This document shows, in pieces, positions 25,442 to 37,662 of a stretch of 64,000 nt of DNA; position 1 is the stretch's first letter; each line of letters starts with the position of its first letter. Both the position numbers and the translations under genes were made by a program. The notes under the pieces were generated by a model. The model did no database searches. It was not told the DNA's origin and worked only from the letters and a program-made list of their open reading frames with translations. This DNA is from Octopus vulgaris (taxonomy: Eukaryota): the NCBI GenBank assembly GCA_951406725.2, contig OX597817.1, forward strand, positions 1,364,001 through 1,428,000. The letters run 5' to 3'.

Positions 25442-26424
25442 TGTTAATTAGTTGCATATGGCGTTAACCAGTGTAAATTGATAGTTTTGTAAAGCAAAGA
25501 ATGTATGTTTTAAAACGTTACGAATCACCAGCAACCATTTTGAAGGATTTATCGTGAAAGACATTGTACCTGGATTAAAATGATAGTTATTATTATAATA
25601 GCAGAAATTTTAGAGTGTGTTTACCTATGCCCCTGTGGCGAGAACATATTTTCGGGGATAACGTACTTGTTAGCATAGAGTGTTCCTATGTTTTATTGTA
25701 TGCCAGTAATTCCATAACCGTCTTTGAATCTGACATATACCACCGATTGCTTGTTTGTTGAGAGAAGTAGGGCTCTCATTCAAGAGGAATAGCTTCCAGA
25801 CGCAAGAGGTGTACATTTTGCTGATCAGAAGTTACGTTGGCGCCAGTTTACACTATGTTCTACCTCCATTATTCTGTCTTTTGTTTTATTTTTGTGTTCG
25901 TTTTCTTTCCGTATGTCTCTGTTTCCGTTTCCCCTCCTTTCCTCCTTTTCTCTTTCAATACATTTAGGGTTTACCACCATTTTCTCACCAGCTTATAAAC
26001 GTATATTTTCTTCCTCACTTTTTTCGTTTCCCTTCGTATACGGCCACGTCTTTTTCTCCACAAATTTCACTACGCCTAAGGCGCGTATACATCACTTCCC
26101 CCATATAACCAACTCGTCCACAAAAATCAAAAACAAAATAAAACAAACAGAAAACCACAGTCTGATGACGATACGTAAGTCTAAACTTCGAAATCAATTT
26201 CTATTATAATTTTGTCTTGCAAAAATAAATATATTTGGTATTCTACGGAAAAGCAGAAGATGATCCTTCAGTTTAATGCTTGATTGTTTTTGAATATAAA
26301 TATACTGCATATGTGTGTGTATATGTATGTATGTATGCATGTATGTATGCATGTATGCATGTATGTATGTATGTATGTATGTATGTGTGTATGTATGTAT
26401 GCATGTATGCATATATATATATGC

Positions 26425-26461
<37 letters not shown>

Positions 26462-26593
26462 AGGCGCAAGAGTTGCTGTGTGGTAAGATGCTTGTGGAAA
26501 GAACATGGCCCCGAGTTCAGTCCCACTGCGTCTTCTACTATTGCACTGGGCCTTGTCACTGGATTTGGTAGATGGAATAGAAAGAATCCCGTC

Positions 26594-26664
<71 letters not shown>

Positions 26665-26819
26665 CATACATATATATATATTTATATTTGTATGTATCTG
26701 TATTCATGCTATATGTATACGCACTGTTTGGCAACTTGAGCAAGTGTTTTCTGCTATACCTTCGGGCTGACCAAAGCCTTGTGCAAGAATCTGGTAGACG
26801 GAAACGGAAAGAAGCCCGT

Positions 26820-26913
<94 letters not shown>

Positions 26914-27134
26914 CTTTTGTGTTTGCTTTTGTCTCCCCATCACCGCTTGACAACCGCAGATGACGTGTTTACTTTCCCGTAACTTAGCGGTTCGGCAAAG
27001 AGACTGATAGAATAAGTACTAAGCTTGAAAGAATAAGTCTAGGGTTCGATTTGTTGGACTGAAACCCATCAAAGCGGTGCCCCAGCACGGCCGTAGTCAA
27101 ATGCCTGAAACAGGTAGCAGAATATAAGAACATA

Positions 27135-27350
27135 GGCGGCGAGCTGGCAGAAACGTTAGCACGCCGGGCGAAATGCGTAGCCGTATTTCGTCTGTCGTTA
27201 CGTTCAGAGTTCAAATTCTGCCGAGGTCGACTTTGCCTTTCATCCTTTCGGGGTCGATTAAATAAGTACCAGTTACGCACTGGGGTCGATATAATCTACT
27301 TTATCCGTTTGTCCTCTCTGTGTTTAGCCCCTTGTGGGTAGTAAAGAAAT
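27135..27350 (+). mobile_element. Nin-domain-type SINE with LINE-like 3' tail
   Basis: Full SINE head and body; tail TTTGTCCTCTCTGTGTTTAGCCCCTTGTGGGTAGTAAAGAAA. Confidence 0.85.
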
Positions 27351-27900
27351 AGATATGTATACCCATGCAGATAACTCCTCCCCCCTCTGCACACATTATG
27401 AAGTTTGTGTTGGTCACAACAGCCTTAATTAAATAAAAAAATTATGTCCAAGAAAACTAAGTCTGTCATCGATAAATACGTACTGGAGGTTGCCTGATTG
27501 ACTGAAACATCTTGTCACAGCATGTCTGCAACCCATTGACCGACAGTAGTAAATAGATAAGAAAATAAAAAAAAGAGAAAGGCGAAATAGACTTTATTGA
27601 TAACATATTGATAACAAAATAAACTTTATAAGATAAAATTCCATACGTGACCAGGATGTATCAGGGACAACAACCTCTGTTGTGCTTTTCCATTTTCTTT
27701 GACAGGTGGGTATCATATAAAGAACATTTGTCAGATTGAACACCCGAAAAGTTGGTGGCCCTTGTTTTTGATCAAACAGAACTATGACTAAAACCATTCC
27801 AGCCATGACCATTCCATCTTTTTCAGATATAATTTAAGTCGGACTACATTATACAACGTAACTCTACCGCCCATGTACAATATTTACACACATTTTACTA

Positions 27901-28404
27901 CAGTTATCACTCGCCATATTACAGTTCACCTATTGCACCCTTAGTACATCGCGGATTTTTCTTGCTAATATATGTAAATTTGCATCGCGGACACCTCAGT
28001 ATATCGCGGGTTTCTGCAGTCGATAGGTATTTATATTTCTTTAGATTTTTAACTAAATCTGTGGTAAAATAAGCATTTTCACGCTTAAAGGTTAATAAAT
28101 TAATAAATAAAAATACTGTACTGCAATGTCTAACACATTAATTAAATTATATTAAAAGAAGATTCGTAGTGTATCATAGATGAGAAAAAAAAAAAGAATT
28201 GCTCATACTGTATGGAAAACGAAACTCCTTAGACTGTGGGAAGAGTTTATCAAAGCTTAAATATTTAAAAATAATAAAATAAATATATACAAATGATATA
28301 AATAATTAAAAAAATATACAGTACAATTCTGTTTCTCTTTCGCGGATTTTCACCTATCGCGGGGGATTTTGGAGCGTAACACCCGCATAGTCGAGGGATT
28401 ACTG
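27901..28404. mobile_element. pogo/Tigger-like MITE
   Basis: TA|CAGTTATCACTCG ... CGAGGGATTACTG|TA: imperfect TIRs with TA duplications, subterminal ATCGCGG repeats and an AT-rich interior. Confidence 0.7.
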
Positions 28405-29567
28405 TATTTCATCCATATTTTTTAAAGACAGTAAAATGAGATTTGAAGTTTTGGCTGCTATTTCTAGCAAAACGAACGACTATGAAAGGCTTCTTCGTTT
28501 CGTAAATTCGTTTCCTTTGTCAATTGCACCTTAAGCTTTTCCAGGTCATTGAAGACACCTAAGTTAAGGTCTATTTTAGGGATGGCTACCTGACAGTAAG
28601 TGTGTATATCCCTTTAGAAGTATTATGTCTATTACTAGCCTCTGAGTCAGGTGACTGCTTAATAGCTAATCACTTCAAGCCGTAGTGAAATAGTGTTTGG
28701 TGACTGGGGAAGAGACAATAATAGAGTGTCTGTGACGGGATTAGAACTTCCGATCCTTGAACCGAGGGGGTCAATAATTTATCAAATCACTCAAGCATGG
28801 CGACGCCACTGTAGGAATAATTAGACACGTATAGTGTAACAATGCGACAAACACAGAGACGTAGACAAAATATATACAATGCTTGCTTGTGAATGTTCAT
28901 CATACATACACTTATATATATACACACGCACGAACGTATACGTACAGTCAGTGGTCGCAACGGGGCGAAATGGTTTAGAAGTTTGCTTCGTGACTTCTAG
29001 GTTCCAGGTTCAGTCCCACTGTGCGGTATATTAGTAAAGCTCATTTTATCATAGCTTCAAGTGCACTCAATCGGTGTGAATAAAACTGAACAGGCAGAAA
29101 CTATTTGAAACCCGGCGAATGAATTTTACCCATAATTCTGTAATTCTCTCGTCCAGCCTTCTTGAACTGTGTTGCACGCTCATTCTTTCTAAGAATTACG
29201 TTGAGGGGTACAGATGTCTGCAGAATAGTCATCAACCTCGTTCGTTAATTCAAAGAGAAAAGGATTCAGTTGATTGAACTACTGAATACTCACCGTTCAA
29301 ACCAACGGAGAATCCATTACACGCAAGCGCACGGACACACTCACAGAACCATACGCCACAAAGCATTACGTAAAACCATAAATGTTGTTAGAGTATCTGA
29401 GCGGATGCCTTGCGCTGCCAGTTTTGGCTGGGCGCGATCTCTGAATCCCGTTGAGACTTTCGTAATAAGACAGAAGCGGTATTTGGTAGGGGGCTCAGTA
29501 AACAAGTGCCTAAGTATTTCAGCCGCTCGCTGTCAATGACAGCTTACAGACTCGAAGAGAAAGTAAC

Positions 29568-29653
<86 letters not shown>

Positions 29654-30258
29654 GGGAAGGGAGAGCTATTTTCATCATCCTTGTGGCTATGGCGAAAGAA
29701 TGTATCTGGTGAACGCGCCTGAAAGGATTAGAGACAAACACTTTCCTCTCTGGTCAATCTCTCATCAACTTCTTCAAGTATCACTTGAAGAGGAAAGTGA
29801 GAGTAGAGAGACAAGTTTTGTCTAGTGAATGTTTTTAGAAAAGATGGGTGAATGTAGCAAGGATGGCACGTATGAATGACGAAGCCACCTTGACCATGAT
29901 CCCATGAACCGTAAAAATTAATACAGAGAGTTGCTTATTTGTAAAAAAATATAACATGTGACTTCATTGACCGAGGTTACCGTGGTCTTTTCCGTAGGCT
30001 TTTCTTTCCACGGGTAAACCTCACATTTCCTCCCCTTTACAATTTATATTGATATTTCTGTGATAACGATCCCTATTGATCGATTTTTTCTTTTTCCTTT
30101 TATTCACCCCCCCTTTTTTTTTTTTGCTTTCCTCTTTCTTTCGTTTTACGATCCCTTTTGATCGAAAACCAAACCCCCTTTTTTTATCCTCAAAACAAAA
30201 ACTCTACCTTATAATTTGTCCCGTCTGTGTGCAGCCCTGTGTGGCTAATAAAGAAACA
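29654..30258 (+). mobile_element. Tx1/L1-like LINE, 5'-truncated (ORF2 end + 3' UTR)
   Basis: Homologous to 35880-36425; (TATC)n on both sides. Confidence 0.85.
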
Positions 30259-30343
<85 letters not shown>

Positions 30344-30344
<1 letters not shown>

Positions 30345-31226
30345 ACTAGCTAGCTGACTCTGCACCTGGAAAATCAAATCCATGCCATCCAACAGCGCCT
30401 CCACTATGGGACATTGGACCGACGAACCGGTTAAATTCCTTTCCTCTGGGTCTGGGTCGGTCCAGACCTCGAAATGGAGAAGAACTGGGTTGAGATAACG
30501 AGCGGGGTGGTCACTCTCACCCAGCCATGGGCCGAGAGGAAGCTCTCTAAAAAGTCGGGCTGAGGTGGCAAATGCGTACGTCGCATCCGTCATCCACTAC
30601 CGTCTGACCGTTGTGCCTTTCTGTGGAAGGGAAGCGTTCCGATGGTTAGGGGATCCATTTGCTGTCAACATCCGCTAAATGGAGGGCTAGGTATGCCATG
30701 ATTGGTGATGCGCAGACGTGCACTGAGACCATGACACAGCCATCGTTTCATAGACGACGGTGAACACGTGTGGTCGCCGTTTGTGAGGCCCGTTTTCCGC
30801 AGCTCGTCTCATTGACTGAGGCTGGGCGAGTGGCACTGTGAGTGTCGCTATGCTCTCGAGAAGCTCTGCTATCCAGGTTCAAACTTGTGTAATTTCAATT
30901 CCACCAAGGTGTTCTATAGGGAAATAGTGGAGGGGAAGTACGACGACGTTCTCGGGGAAACTCTGGGCGTCGACAGGGAATACTTGACTCGCCTCTTCAG
31001 GACCACTTTCGGGCTAGGACCTATAGAAAACTTCTAGAGATGCCTGACCTGGTAGTGCTATCGGGGAGCATTGCCTGTTCGAGATAAGGTCTACAGACAA
31101 GGATCAAGACACACCGAACCCACCTGTCTGAGATGCAGTCAGAATGACAAAAACGTTCTGCACGCACTCGTGCAATGCCCAAATGTTGTCCCCTCTGTGT
31201 TCAGCCCTGCGTGGCTTAATAAAGAA

Positions 31227-31228
<2 letters not shown>
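30344..31228 (+). mobile_element. Tx1/L1-like LINE, 5'-truncated and internally deleted
   Basis: LPVRDK..CLRC...VLHALVQC zinc-finger region; same tail; (TATC)n on both sides. Confidence 0.85.
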
Positions 31229-31306
<78 letters not shown>

Positions 31307-31544
31307 GTATATCTATCTATCTGTCTGTCTGTCTGAATGGACTGTTGACAGATCGGCTCCAAGTAAGTTGGCTTTATTTCTGTAGAAAAACTGTTGTTAA
31401 ATATTTTTTGTTAAAGAGTGGTTTAATATCTCCTTCAACCTAAGTAAATCTTTTAATAGGAATTTCCACCCCACCCCCACCCGTGGTTGAATCTCCAAAA
31501 TTAAAAAAATTTCATCGGTTTTCTTTGCCATCTTCTAAACGAAA

Positions 31545-32946
31545 ATGACTAAATCAAACCAAGAAGTCAGCATTCCTCCCATCGACTTCCGGCCTCTACC
31601 AAAGCCAGAGGTGAGGGAGGCTGAAAAGAACGTCGTCTCGTTTGAACGCACAGAGAAGAACGCCACTCTGGCCGTGGAAGATACAAACAAAGAAGCAAAG
31701 ACAACGTTTACTGCTACAAATACTGCCTCCACCACTGCCACCATCACCACCACCATCACCACCATCACCACCACAACCAATACGAACACTCAAAGTAATT
31801 TTGCCGCAGCTTTAAAGCTGAAGAAAAGAATTATGTCCTTTACGAAGGTAGAACCGCTTGCTTGCAAGACAATGTTTAAAAAAGATGAACACATTATTCT
31901 GCAAACACCGCAGAATATCATGGAGGACATTTCCAAAAAACAATGATTTACAAAACACTCAATTTTAAAACAATTTTTTTCGAAACCGCCTCCCAAGAAA
32001 CAGTAGAAAAATGTTTAAGGCCCCATATGGGCCTTTAAAGAATATATCACCAGAAGAAAAAGATTTGCCACGATCGAAGTTAGATTCCACAGTGAATAAC
32101 GAGCCACGGGACCTCTCCAAAAGTCTTTTGAATGCGAGACCCTAATGATCCCTACATACCTTGGTCATAGGGCCATAAAAATAAAAATCAAAGATGTGCC
32201 CCCTGAGATACAAATAAAATAGCTTGTGTCTGACATTTGTTATGATATCGAGGAGGCAATCCATATCTTGGAAATCGCTGTCCTGGATCAGTAAAATTGG
32301 ATTGGTCAAGGAGTGGAAATCCTTGCTCAAGTTGATCCAATCAACATTGATACGATTCTATATCTTATCAAACTGGCAGACGGTTCGAATTTGCATGTGG
32401 CTGTCGAAGACAGAAAGCCACGTTGCTACGTTTGTGGTGCAATTCACACCTGAAAAATCAATTGCTCATTAGCACAGAAACAACAGCAACATCAACAACA
32501 ACGACAACAACAAGATCAAGAACAACAACAATAACAACAACCACAACAAGAAAACCAACAAAAAACCAGCACTACTAACCACACCGCCATATGCACAACT
32601 GATAAAACAGCTCTGCCAACAAATGAAAGAACATCAGCAACCAACAAGCCAGCCCAACCAAACTACACTACCATCAGCGCCACCAAGAACAGAAACAACA
32701 CCATCACCACCACCACCAACAACAACTCCAAAGGAAGAAGAGAAAACCAAAAGGAGTCATACACCACATCCCAACTGTCATCAAACAGCACCAAAACCAA
32801 CAACAAAATCAGCACACTCAGAAATAGATCCCAATGCCCTTCCCCTCCTAATTTCTGATTCCTCCGACATGTCGCCAGATGAAGACGACACAGATGATTG
32901 GCAAGTAGCCACAGGGGGAAGGAGAAAAAGAGGTAAAAAAGAATAG
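31545..32946 (+). pseudogene. LINE ORF1 relic (RRM-like part, zinc knuckle CYVCG, Q/P/T-rich linker, DDWQV..RRK)
   Basis: Frameshifted pieces: RFATIEVRF at ~32060, CYVCGAIH at ~32425, and ORFs 31545-31946 and 32623-32946. Confidence 0.7.
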
Positions 32947-33312
32947 AGAAGCAAACAAAGTATGGAGGTTTACCACACCTGAAACCAAAACACCCGCAGA
33001 AAACAAAGGCATTAACACAAACACACAAACACCAAATGGCCCAACAATGTTGACAGCTATAAACACTAACAATCCAGACTTAATGGAATACATTAGGTCA
33101 AACACTGACATAACAGAAAACGATACCAAAACAAATAATCACCCACCACAACACATTAAAATCATACGTGTAACACAGAACACACACAACACACTGAAAT
33201 CTCTCTACCCTGATGCAGTAGGGAGATTTAAAAAATACTCCTCTAAAAACTGTACAAAAACCTTCTTGGAGAAGACTGTGAGGTGAAGGACAAACAACTT
33301 TCGGACAGTAAG

Positions 33313-33365
<53 letters not shown>

Positions 33366-33399
33366 CTCTTTCGTCTTCCTTTCGTTTGTAAAACACAAC

Positions 33400-36120
33400 T
33401 TTCGATAGGAACATACTCAAAATATGTTGTATAAATGTGCATGGTTTCTGGTCGCCTTGGAAACAAGGCTACCTGTTAAATGTCATCAAGTCACAGAATG
33501 TGCATGTCATAGCCATCAATGAGACTAGATTCCACAACCCGCGGACCTTCCAGCACGTGTTCAGCGGACATTTCGACATTTATTTTTCTCCGTGTCTGCC
33601 GAGAATGGGCGGAGGTCGCACCGCAGTGCTTTTTCGGAAGCGTCTGTACCTCAAAGTTAGTGCAATTTTCCTAGATCAGGATGGTAGGCTGCTCATCTTG
33701 GATACCGATGGCAGTAATAGGTGTGCTTTTCGATTGAGAACAGTTTATGCACCGTCCTTAACAGGTCGGCCAGATTTCTTTCGACTTCTAGAAGTTTTCC
33801 AGGGAACGTCTTAATCTTTACTTTTACTGGGGGATTGGAACGCTACCTTGGACACGCATCTATTCTACGTGGACAGAGATAGAAAATAGGAGTGGATGTA
33901 AATGCGTCAAAGGCCTGCTCAGATGTTTCCAACTGTCTGACTGGACCACCCGAATGTGCCAATGTGGACATGGAGCAACCGCATCCGGTCATCCAGATCG
34001 TAATTAGATAGAGTATTCTGTAAGACAGTGGATAGGGAGAGTGTAGGTTGTCCACAATTCCATATAGTCAGCTACAGAGATCACAAATTTGTGACTTGTA
34101 CGCTTGACTTAGATAAGAGTCACAGGCGGGGTCCCGGTTACTGGAAGCTGAACGCACCGTTTACGGCACGCCAGGCTTACAGGGACCGGATTAGCACATT
34201 AGTTAAGAGAGCTTTGACGGGCGCCATCGTCAACAATAGATGGTGGTATGCTCTAAAGAAAGCAATTAAAGTAGAATCGGTTAGGTATAGTAAGGCTCTA
34301 GCATTAGACCGAAATAGAATAGAGTGAGATCTAGTTAAGAAATTAGAAGAGGCACTTTGAACTGGCATTGCATCCAACGTACTGGCAGCCAGGTTAGTTT
34401 TCGGCCAGCACCTCAACGTCAAACACGAAGGATGCGTTGTCAGAGCCAGAATGTGAGATCTGAGGAACGAAGGATTTGTAGCCGCCCGAGAATCTGAGTG
34501 GCGGAGGGCCAACGAGGCAACAAGGCCACCATTAGGCTTCTGACAGATGAGCAAGGGCGCGAATTACTCGAGCCCGAAAGGAAGTGTGAGGCCTTTCAAC
34601 AGCACTTTTCCCGACTGTTCGGGACAACTGGTGGGTCAGAAGCAGGGTGAACTTTAGTGCCTACTACATGGCTTGCCACGACTCTCGGCAAGAGAGGCGG
34701 AGTGTTGTGAAAGACCCATCACAGCCGCGAACCTACGGGATGTGATGGTAGGCTGCGCGGGAGACAATTCGCCAGGCTTCGATGGTCTGCCCTACGAATT
34801 CTATTGTCATATGCCAGACTTGTTTGGAGGTGTCTTGGCAGCAGTCTACTGCAACTGGCAGCAAAACGGGAGTATTGCCGTTTCTGTGAAGCGAGGAGCG
34901 GTGGCACTGCTAAAGAAGGATCCAAACAAGAGGAACGTCATAGATAACTTTAGGCCCATCACTCTGCTCAACGCAGACTTGAAGATTTTGGCCAAAGTGT
35001 TAACCGAGAGGTTGGCGCTTCTCATCGAGAAACTGGTCGGCAAGGCTCAAACCTCCATCTGATGCGCTACGTCATAGACAGGGTAGTTAATGAACCTGTC
35101 ATGGGTGGGGCGCTGATCAATTTGGATCAATCGAAAGCTTTCGACAGGGTGCACCACCGTTACCTAGTGGCTGTCCTTAAAGTGGCTGGTTTCGGTCCCG
35201 TCTTCCGCGGTCGGATCGCTGCCTTATACAGCGGCATCCGCTCAGTAATTCGCGTAAATGGTTATCTGTCCAGACCGTTTAACATCACGCGTTCAGTCCG
35301 CCAAGGATGCTCCCTCTCGTCGCTTCTGTACGTATTGACTCTAGAGCCACTACTGCGGAAGCTGGCGTCGCTGAGGGGCATCCCACGAGAACTGGGATGC
35401 GGGAGGAGCGTGTCTGCATACGTCACCGTGATAGTGTCAAGCCATAGGCACATCGACCTGGTCGGCGAGACACTAAAAGAATACAAAACGACTTCAATTC
35501 CACCAAGGCGTTCTATAGAAGATTAGTGGAGGGGCGGTACGACGACGTTCTCGGTAAGAATCTGGGCGTCGACGAGGACACCTGGCCCGCCTGTTCAGGA
35601 CAACTTTCGGGCCGAGACCTATGGATAATCACCAGAGATCCCTGGTCTAGCAATGCTATCGGGAAGCATTGCCTGTTCGGGACAAGCTCTACAAGTACGG
35701 TTCAAGATACACCGGACCGACTTGCCCGAGAAGCGGTGAGTATGACGAAACCGTTCTGCACGCATTCGTGCAGTGTCCAACCATTTCGGACCTGTGGGAT
35801 TATGTCGAACGGCTGCGACGAATTCGGTTGTCGGCCGAGTCTATCGGGAAAAAAGCTCCGCCACCTTCCCTTAACCGAGAAGGCAATTTTCATCGTACAG
35901 GTGGCCACGGTGAAAGAATGTGTGTAATGGAGCGTAAGGTTTAGATACAAACAATTTTCTCTCTGGTCAATCTCCCATCAACTTTTTCAAGTACCACTTG
36001 CAAAGGAAGGTGAGAATAGAGAGGCAAGTTTTGTCTCATGAAAGATTCAATAAAAGGTACGTGAATGTAGCAAAGATGGTACGCGCGAATGACAAAACCA
36101 CTTTGTGCATGATACTGTAA
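33400..36120 (+). pseudogene. LINE ORF2 relic: AP endonuclease + reverse transcriptase + C-terminal zinc finger
   Basis: VIAINET, VYAP, GDWN, DHK, GYWKLN, SPGFDGLPYEFY, FRPITLLNADLKILAK, LDQSKAFDRV, SVRQGCSLS, ETVLHAFVQC; multiple stops and frameshifts and a deletion near 35490. Confidence 0.9.
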
Positions 36121-36424
36121 ATCCGAGAGAGAGAGCTCTTTGCTCTCATGTGTTTTTTCCCTCTCTGCCTGATGTTACTGTGGTCTTTTACGTATGCTTT
36201 TCTTTCCACGGATAAACCAAATGTGTTTTTCTACATTTTTAGTCTGTTCAGTGATACACGATCCCTTTTGATCGTTTTTTTTTTTACACGGTCCCTTTTC
36301 ATCGGACTTTTACCCCCTTTCCCCTTTTTTTCTTTATTAGTTAGTTCGTTTTCTTTCGAAAAGAAAAGCTCTACATTGCATTTTGTCCCCTCTGTGTTCG
36401 GCCCCATGTGGCTAATAAATAAAG

Positions 36425-36512
<88 letters not shown>

Positions 36513-37231
36513 AGGAAGCGAGTGCATAAAATCGGCTGTAGGGAGAGAAAAAATGAGGAATGGGAGGAAGTTCCTGAGGTAGAAAGGGGCTAGAAATATA
36601 GGTAGATAGGCATATGCATAGATAGATGTATAGATGTATAAATAGATAGTCAGAAATATATATGTATATATATATATAAAGAGAGGTTGAGAGAAAGTGG
36701 AAGGTGGAGGAGAAACAGTGAACGTATTGTGAAAGTACTAAAAAAGCGACCGACAAAAGAAGAAAACGTAGGGCGGGCGGGTGCAAAAGGCCGAGGGCAA
36801 ACAATATTTGGATGTATTGAAATTACAGAGAGTACAAGGAAGTTTATACAAGAAGCCAAGTTTCAGAGGCATTGATATGTGCATGCATAGAAGCGACACA
36901 CGGACGCCCAGACATGCATCTGTTCCCTCCGCTCTCTCCACAACACATCTGGGCACAGGCACTACTCTGCAGTTTAAAATTTTACTTGGCAACCAAGTGA
37001 TCGTGCTTTTCAATGAATTTTTAGTGAAATACTGTGGACATAAGCAGTTCAGTAGTTTGCCAACACTCAATTTATTTTTCATTGGCCCAATTTATATATA
37101 TATATATATAAAAATATAAAAATCTCTGACAAAGGATATTTACAACATTTCTAAAAATAACCCAACAATTGCTGCTTCGGCCAGGGTCAAGATACAGGAC
37201 TCTTGACCTGTCCAACAAAGCGTGATGCCTA

Positions 37232-37376
37232 AACCAATCAGCTCAACCAACCAATCAGCTTAAGTAATTGAGTGATACTACACACTGATTGGTCAGAATA
37301 CAGTTTGCAAAACCTAGCACTCTGGAGCCTACCCAGCTGTATTTATAGCACAGAATCACTCATCTTGCTACAGTCA
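37232..37376 (+). promoter_or_regulatory. Putative Pol II promoter in the pLTR
   Basis: AACCAATCAGC twice plus TGATTGG (CCAAT boxes), TATTTATA at ~37340, and Inr-like CAGT ~30 nt downstream. Confidence 0.55.
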
Positions 37377-37410
37377 AAAATTGTGAAGCATGACTGTCAA
37401 CACTACTACA

Positions 37411-37455
37411 TGAACCCGAAGATTGCAGAATTCAATGCATGAAAGTACTAGTTCA
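37411..37455 (+). ncRNA. Minimal type I hammerhead ribozyme, U4->C core variant
   Basis: TGAAC-CCGAAGA-T-TGCA(GAATTCAA)TGCA-T-GAAA-GTAC-TA^GTTCA. Confidence 0.75.
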
Positions 37456-37662
37456 ACCAGAATGAATATTTAACATTCTACTATTTCATTTTATTTTATT
37501 CAATTATAATATATTATCTTATAATATATCATTATAAGATTGTAAATAAAACGTGAAAATCAGACAAGGTTGGAATTCTTTTTATTAATATATTCTTCTA
37601 TACACAATCACACACACCCATATATATATATATATCTATATTCCTATTGTGTATATGCCAAC

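Larger units (their letters stand above)
31335..36426 (+). mobile_element. Tx1/L1-clade LINE, near full length but degenerate
   Basis: 5' UTR, ORF1 relic, ORF2 relic, 3' UTR with AATAAA; (TATC)n on both sides. Confidence 0.9.
37106..37586 (+). repeat. 5' pseudo-LTR (481 bp)
   Basis: Identical by eye to 41378-41858 (offset 4272). Confidence 0.95.

Noticed and set aside
26158-26205. CTGATGA...TCGAAA hammerhead-like string
   Set aside because: Only a 2-bp stem II, and no stem I or stem III.
37570-37662. Longer ORF1 start given in the ORF track
   Set aside because: It is a TTG start inside the pLTR running through a TA tract; ATG 37663 is the plausible start.
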